Below are positions 57,369 to 64,000 of a stretch of 64,000 bases of DNA, piece by piece (position 1 is the first letter of the stretch; every line of letters begins with the position of its first letter). Origin of the DNA: Woeseiaceae bacterium (GTDB taxonomy: Bacteria; Pseudomonadota; Gammaproteobacteria; Steroidobacterales; Woeseiaceae); assembly GCA_028822065.1 (NCBI GenBank), contig JAPKEL010000002.1, positions 21,741 to 85,740 on the forward strand. Reading direction: 5' to 3'. The translations under genes were made by a program, and so were the position numbers. The notes under the pieces are model-generated. The model saw only the letters and a list, made by a program, of their open reading frames with translations, was not told the DNA's origin and made no database searches.

Positions 57369-58665
57369 AATATTTAATCATATTCCACCTATTGAATACA
57401 AAGGTGTTAACAATAAAGACCCTATGGCATTCAATTTTTATGAAGCAGAGCGTGAAATATATGGAAAAACCATGCGCGATCATTTGCGCTTCTCGGTCTG
57501 CTATTGGCATTCCTTTAATTGGTTAGGTAATGACGTATTTGGGGATGGGGCTTTTCCTCGCCCATGGCTAACAGGAGAGAATAATCATCAAGATGCACTT
57601 CATAAATTAGATGCTGCATTTGATTTTTTCGAACGATTAGGCGCTTCTTTTTTCTGCTTCCATGACGTAGATATGGCATCTCATGGTAACTCGGTAAAAG
57701 AATTGACTGAAAATGTGAAAAAAATATCAGAGCCATTAGCAAAAAAAATGTCAGACACTGGCATCAAACTCCTCTGGGGAACTGCCAATCTTTTTAGTCA
57801 TCCACGTTATATGGCTGGTGCAGCAACCAATCCAAATCCAGAAATATTTAAATGCGCTGCTGCCCAAGTTCATTGCATGCTCGAAACCACTCATCAACTT
57901 AATGGAGAAAATTATGTTTTATGGGGAGGCAGAGAAGGTTATGACACGCTTTTAAATACCGATATAAAACAAGAATTAGAACAATTGGCTCGATTTCTCT
58001 CTCTGGTAGTTGAGCATAAACATAAAATTGGATTTAGAGGCACCCTTCTTATCGAGCCAAAACCACATGAACCAACTAAGCATCAATATGATCGTGATGT
58101 TGCCACTGTGGTGGCTTTCCTTGAGCGTTATGACCTCCAAGATGAAATCAAATTAAATATCGAAGCTAATCATGCCACGATGGCAGGTTCATCTTTTGAG
58201 CATGAAGTGGCGAATGCTTTTGCCCTAGATGCATTTGGTTCTATAGATATTAATCGGGGTGATCCTCAAAATGGTTGGGATACTGACCAGTTTCATAATG
58301 ATCCTAAAGAAATAGCCCTAGTAATGAGACATATCCTTTTAAATGGAGGAATGAAAAATGGTGGCTTTAACTTTGATGCAAAACTAAGGCGCCAAAGCAT
58401 CGATGCTGATGATCTATTTATCGCTCATATTGGAGGGATAGATAATCTGGCAAGAGGCTTGATAAATGGCGTTAAATTAATTGAAGAAAAAGTTCTTAAT
58501 GCTTTTTTAGAAAAGCGCTATCAAGACTGGTTTAATGAGGAAGGGCAACGGATTTTATCCGGTGAATTATCTTTAGAACAATTATCTAAATTTGCTCAAG
58601 ACCCCGAACCAACATCAGGAAAACAAGAATTTCTTGAAAATTACGTCAATCGGATCATCGGATGA
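57358..58665 (+). CDS. xylA: Xylose isomerase
   Basis: 435 aa. FCFHD, WGGREGY, LIEPKPHEPTKHQYD and NIEANHATMAG. It overlaps the xylB end by 11 nt. Confidence 0.95.
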   Translation: MSHKIFNHIPPIEYKGVNNKDPMAFNFYEAEREIYGKTMRDHLRFSVCYWHSFNWLGNDVFGDGAFPRPWLTGENNHQDALHKLDAAFDFFERLGASFFCFHDVDMASHGNSVKELTENVKKISEPLAKKMSDTGIKLLWGTANLFSHPRYMAGAATNPNPEIFKCAAAQVHCMLETTHQLNGENYVLWGGREGYDTLLNTDIKQELEQLARFLSLVVEHKHKIGFRGTLLIEPKPHEPTKHQYDRDVATVVAFLERYDLQDEIKLNIEANHATMAGSSFEHEVANAFALDAFGSIDINRGDPQNGWDTDQFHNDPKEIALVMRHILLNGGMKNGGFNFDAKLRRQSIDADDLFIAHIGGIDNLARGLINGVKLIEEKVLNAFLEKRYQDWFNEEGQRILSGELSLEQLSKFAQDPEPTSGKQEFLENYVNRIIG

Positions 58666-58756
58666 AAAATTCAATCCTAATAAAAGCTCTATTTTAATTT
58701 GATAATTTTCATAGAAAAGTGGCGTAAATTATTAACGACTATAAGATAATGAGAAA

Positions 58757-60520
58757 TTATAATTTACCTTGAATGACTTCCCCTGCAATTAATACCGCTG
58801 TTGGAGTTGTTTTAGAAATATCATAACGACTTACATCAAATATATTTTGGTCAAGCACAACTAGATCAGCTTCCTTTCCAACCTCAATACTTCCAAGACT
58901 ATCTTCATAACGAAGTTGGTAAGCACCGCCTTGTGTGTAACCATTTACAATATCTTCCAAAGCAAGTCGCTCACTTATTGGAGATAAAATTTCTGAACTA
59001 GGTGCAGCGCCAACTTCTTGACGATTGTGCCCAATTTGCATGCTAAAAAATGGGCTAGTTCGATACAAGCGTGTCATACCTGTTGTATCACTTGAATAAC
59101 TCACAGTGGCTCCATCATCAATTAATGCTTGGATACTAAATCTTCTGGCAGCTCTCTCTGCCCCGATTGGTTTTTTCCAACCGGTAAGATATCCAAAGCC
59201 ATTCCAGTGAAGTGTAAAATTAGCTGGAACATCAAGCTCACGAAATCTTGAAATATCATCTTCATGGATTAACTCCAGATGACATGTGCTTATTCTTGTG
59301 TCCAATCTTCCACCAATAATGCTTCTTGCTTTTTCAACAGCATTAAGAGCTATATGAGCAGATCGCTCGCTATTAGTATGAAGATGAAGGTCTATCTTTT
59401 CTTTATGTAATTCGAGAATAAAATCAGTTAATACTTCACCTGAAAATATAGTGTTACCCCTATTCTTTGGATCATCAGAATATGGTTCAAAAATAGCTGA
59501 TGTTCTAACTTCATGAACGCCATCATAATGAATTTTTATAGTATTAAATTTCAACCTATCACCCGAATACTCTGATCTCAGTCGTTTTAATTCTGAGATT
59601 GCAATTGGAACTTGATCGGGCAACCGAATATGGTAAGTTCCCTCATACCTTAATGGGAGACGTCCTGTGTCATCGAGTTTCTTTACAGCGGCATAAACTT
59701 TATCCTCCGCACCTGAATTCCCACCATCATAGAGTAGAGTAACTCCATATTTTGACAGATGACCCAATACCTTATAAAGATTCTCAACCAGTTGAGGTTG
59801 ATCTGGTGCCATATAATCTCGTTCACTAAACCATGGCATCACGGCCGCTTCTTTTATCCATCCAGCCGGTTCTCCATCTGGTTTTCTTGAAAAAATATTA
59901 ACTCCTGGTGAAGGATCTGGCGTGTTTTTATCAATCCCAAATTTTCTAAAGAAGGCAGAATTGACCCATTTACTATGCCCGGTATCATCTAAAAGATATA
60001 CTGGGCGTTCAGGAACCACTTGATCAAGATCTTCTTTTTTTGGTCCATCCAATCCAAATATATCTACCTGCCATACACCTGCCACAATCATTTCAAGTTC
60101 GGGATTATCTTTAGCATATTTTTCTAGCCAAACAAGTATTTCTTGCTTGCTAGCCGGGTACGGCATATTTGGATATCCAGATTTTTTTGTGGCATCGTAA
60201 TTGTCCCTAATTGCAATTGAGCCTGGATGAGTGTGGGCATCGATGATCCCTGGCAAGACCATTGCATTATTTAGATTATGCTTTTTGGTATTTTGGCCAA
60301 TAAACTGACCAATATCTTTATTCTTTCCGACGAAAATAAATTTACCATTTTTAATGGCAATAGATTCTACCCATGGTTGATTATCATTTACAGTATATAT
60401 TTTGCCATTAGTTAGAACTATATCAGCACTATTATCTGAGGCTCCACAGGAATACAGAAATAAAATAGATATAAGTAAAATAAGAAAACGAAGTGATTTT
60501 ATGATCTCCATATAGATCAT
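58757..60520 (-). CDS. YtcJ-like metal-dependent amidohydrolase (Amidohydro_3 type), lipoprotein
   Basis: 587 aa. Lipobox LFLYSC. GIIDAHTHPG metal motif, a LHLHTNSERS region and a C-terminal GSIEVGKEADLVVLD. Confidence 0.82.
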   Translation of the reverse strand: MIYMEIIKSLRFLILLISILFLYSCGASDNSADIVLTNGKIYTVNDNQPWVESIAIKNGKFIFVGKNKDIGQFIGQNTKKHNLNNAMVLPGIIDAHTHPGSIAIRDNYDATKKSGYPNMPYPASKQEILVWLEKYAKDNPELEMIVAGVWQVDIFGLDGPKKEDLDQVVPERPVYLLDDTGHSKWVNSAFFRKFGIDKNTPDPSPGVNIFSRKPDGEPAGWIKEAAVMPWFSERDYMAPDQPQLVENLYKVLGHLSKYGVTLLYDGGNSGAEDKVYAAVKKLDDTGRLPLRYEGTYHIRLPDQVPIAISELKRLRSEYSGDRLKFNTIKIHYDGVHEVRTSAIFEPYSDDPKNRGNTIFSGEVLTDFILELHKEKIDLHLHTNSERSAHIALNAVEKARSIIGGRLDTRISTCHLELIHEDDISRFRELDVPANFTLHWNGFGYLTGWKKPIGAERAARRFSIQALIDDGATVSYSSDTTGMTRLYRTSPFFSMQIGHNRQEVGAAPSSEILSPISERLALEDIVNGYTQGGAYQLRYEDSLGSIEVGKEADLVVLDQNIFDVSRYDISKTTPTAVLIAGEVIQGKL

Positions 60521-60534
60521 AATATATTCAGATA

Positions 60535-61995
60535 TTAAAGCTTAATGCAAATATTTGTTAATTCAGAATAAAATTCTAAGGAATGCAAACCGCCTTCACG
60601 CCCAATCCCAGAAAGTTTAATTCCACCGAATGGAGTTCTCAAATCCCTTAAAAACCAAGTATTAACCCATACCACACCAACCTCTAATTGCCGTGAGACA
60701 CGATGAGCTCTTTTGATATCCTTAGTCCAGACAGCAGCGGCTAAGCCATATTTACTATTATTCACTTTCTCGACTACTTCTTTTTCTGAATCAAAAGAAC
60801 TAATGTGGCAAACTGGCCCGAATACCTCTTGTTTGACCATGTCTGCTTCCTCTGAAAGTCCAGTAAATATGGTCGGCTGTACCCACGATCCTTTTTTTCT
60901 CGAATCTGTAAATTCTGGCACTCTGCCACCAGTGACTAAATTACCACCCTCTTCTAAGGCCTTTGTAAAGCAGGCCAAAACTTTTATTCGATGTTCTTGA
61001 GAAATTAATGGACCTAATTCTGCCGATTGACCTTCAGGCCAATTCTCAATTAAAGCTTCGGCGCGTATTTTTAACTCTGAAACAAATTTCTCATACATTG
61101 ATTCATGAACGTAAACTCTCTCTGAACACAAGCAAACTTGACCGCAATTAGAAAATACTGATCTAACTGTACCCTCAATAGCAGCATCAAAATCTGCATC
61201 ATCAAATACGATGGCAGCATTCTTTCCTCCTAACTCGAAAGAAACTGATTTAACGTCATCTGCTGCCACTTTCATAATCTCTGAGCCAGTTGCCGATTCA
61301 CCCGTAAATGTAATCGCATCAATATCTTCATGTTTTGTTAGATACTCGCCTGTGGAGCCAGGGCCAAAACCATGCAATAAATTAAATACCCCAGATGGTA
61401 AGCCAACTTCATGAATAACCTCCGCCAATAAGGATGCACTTCCGGGCGTTTCTTCTGATGGTTTGGCAATAACACAATTGCCCATGGCTAATGCAGGTGC
61501 GAGTTTCCAAGTTAAAAGTAATAAAGGTAGATTCCACGGGGCAATAACTGCAATAACGCCCATGGGTTTCCTAACTGCATAATTTAACGCCCCAGATCCA
61601 TCAGGAGTATCCATCTCGAAACACTCAGTACTGACCGTTCTAGCTAAATCGGAGAAAAATCTAAAATTCTCCGCCCCACGAGGAATATCAATCGCTCTTG
61701 CATGTGATTGAGGTTTACCTGTATCAGCAATTTCTGCATCAACAAAATCATCAAAACGCGCCTCAATTCCATCTGCGATTCGTCGAAGTAATTTACAACG
61801 CTCTACTAAAGATAGTTTTCCCCATTCTCCCTTTAATGCCATCTTTGCTGCTACTACAGCTTTTCCTACCATCAACTTGTCAGCTTCAGCCACCCTGGCA
61901 ACCAAAGACCCATCAACAGGGTTAATATCGTCAAAAAGACGATCAGATGAAATAAATTCACCAGCTATATAATTTTTATAAATCTTTGATGTCAT
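60535..61995 (-). CDS. NAD(P)+ aldehyde dehydrogenase (hydroxy-/aminomuconic semialdehyde dehydrogenase-like)
   Basis: 486 aa. EIADTGKPQSHARAIDIPRGAENFRFF, FELGGKNA (catalytic Glu) and SNCGQVCLCSERVYV (catalytic Cys). No signal peptide. Confidence 0.88.
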   Translation of the reverse strand: MTSKIYKNYIAGEFISSDRLFDDINPVDGSLVARVAEADKLMVGKAVVAAKMALKGEWGKLSLVERCKLLRRIADGIEARFDDFVDAEIADTGKPQSHARAIDIPRGAENFRFFSDLARTVSTECFEMDTPDGSGALNYAVRKPMGVIAVIAPWNLPLLLLTWKLAPALAMGNCVIAKPSEETPGSASLLAEVIHEVGLPSGVFNLLHGFGPGSTGEYLTKHEDIDAITFTGESATGSEIMKVAADDVKSVSFELGGKNAAIVFDDADFDAAIEGTVRSVFSNCGQVCLCSERVYVHESMYEKFVSELKIRAEALIENWPEGQSAELGPLISQEHRIKVLACFTKALEEGGNLVTGGRVPEFTDSRKKGSWVQPTIFTGLSEEADMVKQEVFGPVCHISSFDSEKEVVEKVNNSKYGLAAAVWTKDIKRAHRVSRQLEVGVVWVNTWFLRDLRTPFGGIKLSGIGREGGLHSLEFYSELTNICIKL

Positions 61996-62016
61996 AAAAT
62001 TCTAATTAATTGTTCC

Positions 62017-63774
62017 TTAACGTTGATATTTTAATTCTCCTCCAACATAGGTCATATCTATCACCGTTGATGGTATATCACTATCTTTTATGGTGAGTAA
62101 ATTTTTTGATAACACTATAAAATCAGCGTATTTTCCTGGGGTAAGTGTTCCCTTAAGATTTTCCTCAAATGCAGCATATGCGTTATTAATAGTGTAAGTT
62201 TGTATTGCTTCCTCACGAGTCATTTTATGTTCTGGATAGAACGCATCTCCATTGATCATTTTTCTCGTAACAGAAGAGTAGTAAGAAGCAATCGGATCAA
62301 TTCTCTCTACTGGCACATCAGTACCGTTAGTAAGTATGGCACCTGTATTAAATAAATCACGCCACGGTTGGGAAGTAGCTTTTGCACGAATATCACCTAA
62401 CCTGCTAGGGATCCATGGACCGTCTGAAGTGCCATGAACTGCTTGAATTGAAGCTATGACACCAAGCCCGCCAAATCTTGGCACGTCTTCTGGATCGATA
62501 TGTTGTGCATGCTCTATACGCCAGCGCAATTGTTTGCCATCAACATCCAATTGCTGCCAAATATTTTCATACAAATCCAATATTTCACGATTAGCTCGAT
62601 CACCAATCGCATGAGTATTAACCTGAAAACCATGTTTGACACCAATCTCGGCTGTGCCTGATATATCCTCAACAGTCTCTAAGACCAATCCGTCTGTTTC
62701 GGGTAAATCAAGGTATGGGTCAAGAAGCCATGCTCCATGGGCACCTAATGCACCATCTATTTGACGTTTTATAGAGCGCACGGTCAAAAAATCATTACCT
62801 TCAGAAACCATTTTGTATTGAGGTAAAGCCTGATCCATAAGAGCATTTGATTCACCTCTCACCATCACATAAAGACGCACATCTAACTCTCCCTCTGCCT
62901 CCAATTTTTTAAAGAAATCTATAGTCTCAAAACTTGCACCAGCATCATGAAAAGAAGTAATACCATTTCTTAAAGATTCTTCTGCGGCAAGTTTCGCTCT
63001 TTCTCTATTTTGCAACTCAATTTGCTGCGGCGTCAGACGACCATCATACTCATTCCTTGGTCCGCGAATTAACCTCTGAGCTGTCTCTCTCATTAATCCT
63101 GTAGCTTTTCCTGTTGAATCCCTAACGATAGTGCCACCTTCAGGATCAAGGGTATCGTCATTGACTCCTGCAATCTCAAGTGCGGCATCATTCCAGAAAG
63201 CAGCATGGCCACTAGCATGACCTAATATAACTGGATTCTCTGCTGATATTTTATTCAAAGTTTCATTAATTGGTACTCCATCGACAGCATCTGATGGCAC
63301 ACTTTGCCATTTATCTTGATGCCAGCCACGACCAAAGATCCATTCCCCAGGCTTCGATTTATCCACCGCCACCGCTACCTTACGGACAATTTCCGACCAA
63401 TCACCAACATCATTCAAATCAAGTATCTGTTTGGAACGACCTAAACTCATATAATGGCCATGTCCTTCAATAAATCCAGGCATAACAAAACGCCCATTTA
63501 ATTCAATTACCTGAGTTTGCTCGCCAATATATCCAGAAACCTCCTCATCACTACCAACAGCAGTTATTTTGTAATCATTTATCGCCATCGCAGAAACATT
63601 GCCATAATCAGAATCGACAGTTGTTATATATCCTCCTAATAAAACTAGCTCCGCTGGGTTTTCTAATTGTTTTGATTTTTCTTCAGTTAAACTTGATTGC
63701 GAACTGTCTCCACATGCATTCAAAACACTAATTAAAATAATGCCGATACTTAAAATAAGTATTTTTCTAAACAT
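62017..63774 (-). CDS. YtcJ-like metal-dependent amidohydrolase (Amidohydro_3 type), lipoprotein; paralogue of 58757-60520
   Basis: 585 aa. Lipobox VLNAC. GFIEGHGHYM metal motif, NTHAIGDRAN and a C-terminal GTLTPGKYADFIVLS. Confidence 0.82.
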   Translation of the reverse strand: MFRKILILSIGIILISVLNACGDSSQSSLTEEKSKQLENPAELVLLGGYITTVDSDYGNVSAMAINDYKITAVGSDEEVSGYIGEQTQVIELNGRFVMPGFIEGHGHYMSLGRSKQILDLNDVGDWSEIVRKVAVAVDKSKPGEWIFGRGWHQDKWQSVPSDAVDGVPINETLNKISAENPVILGHASGHAAFWNDAALEIAGVNDDTLDPEGGTIVRDSTGKATGLMRETAQRLIRGPRNEYDGRLTPQQIELQNRERAKLAAEESLRNGITSFHDAGASFETIDFFKKLEAEGELDVRLYVMVRGESNALMDQALPQYKMVSEGNDFLTVRSIKRQIDGALGAHGAWLLDPYLDLPETDGLVLETVEDISGTAEIGVKHGFQVNTHAIGDRANREILDLYENIWQQLDVDGKQLRWRIEHAQHIDPEDVPRFGGLGVIASIQAVHGTSDGPWIPSRLGDIRAKATSQPWRDLFNTGAILTNGTDVPVERIDPIASYYSSVTRKMINGDAFYPEHKMTREEAIQTYTINNAYAAFEENLKGTLTPGKYADFIVLSKNLLTIKDSDIPSTVIDMTYVGGELKYQR

Positions 63775-64000
63775 AACAATAAATCCTTTTTATTGAGTCT
63801 ATGACTGATTTATATATTCTCTCGAGATAAAAACATCATAAAAAATTTAACGCTAATCTTTTAACAGATGAATTTTACGTACTTCGTAATTACAATAACC
63901 TTTTCATAGTGTACATTATACGAGAATGGTAAATTACTAGAAATATAAGAATTCAGTCTGAGGTTAATTATTTTATGCGACATATAATTTTTTCGATAAC

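Noticed and set aside
55899-58665. The xylB-xylA pair with reversed order relative to E. coli, an 11-nt overlap, and no xylose transporter or regulator nearby.
   Set aside because: Both proteins are full-length with canonical motifs. Gene order varies among bacteria, and the transporter may lie elsewhere, so this is ordinary.
63975-64000. An ATG-initiated reading frame (MRHIIFSI...) running off the window end.
   Set aside because: Only 8 codons are visible, which is too short to support a call.
1-64000. A visual search for tRNA, rRNA, CRISPR repeats, IS or transposase genes, integrases, phage genes, toxin-antitoxin pairs and known defence-system proteins.
   Set aside because: None was found. 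Every ORF above about 120 aa has a metabolic, housekeeping or envelope assignment, and the intergenic spacers are short and AT-rich without cloverleaf-like or regularly spaced repeats. A tRNA or ncRNA scan was not run and could still find something small.

Overview
This 64-kb window is visibly AT-rich and very gene-dense. I call 50 CDS plus one out-of-frame gene fragment. Most intergenic gaps are under 50 bp, and there are many 1-14 nt start/stop overlaps. Several markers point to a Gammaproteobacterium: the polA / engB(yihA) / cytochrome c4 / dsbA neighbourhood, an E. coli-type gshA, a large fadE, nudC and an lptM-like micro-ORF. By eye I found no rRNA, tRNA, CRISPR array, transposase, integrase, phage gene or recognisable defence or toxin-antitoxin module, and no convincing rho-independent terminators. 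The content is core and accessory metabolism. Seven items seem most worth follow-up. (1) A compact mevalonate-pathway island at 23.5-30.8 kb contains a single ORF that fuses class II HMG-CoA reductase to mevalonate kinase. (2) An 11-kb, nine-gene co-directional cluster at 43.0-54.1 kb does not match any named pathway I know. It encodes a Rieske oxygenase, an acyl-CoA dehydrogenase, a class III aminotransferase, two tandem CrtI-like flavoproteins, a GcvT-like folate enzyme, an ADP-forming acyl-CoA synthetase and an L,D-transpeptidase. (3) One polypeptide joins a FakA-like Dak2 kinase module to a DegV (FakB-like) lipid-binding module. (4) An adjacent gene pair corresponds, as far as I recall, to the two halves of the plant BCAT-like fusion proteins of unknown function. 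(5) The korA 5' end is frameshifted and has no canonical start codon, within a gltD-ferredoxin / korAB / lipoprotein operon. (6) Two paralogous lipoprotein YtcJ-type amidohydrolases flank a cytoplasmic aldehyde dehydrogenase. (7) An unannotated 44-codon lptM-like lipoprotein gene lies at 37822-37956. All functional calls rest on motif reading and remembered family knowledge. No database search, HMM or composition calculation was run.
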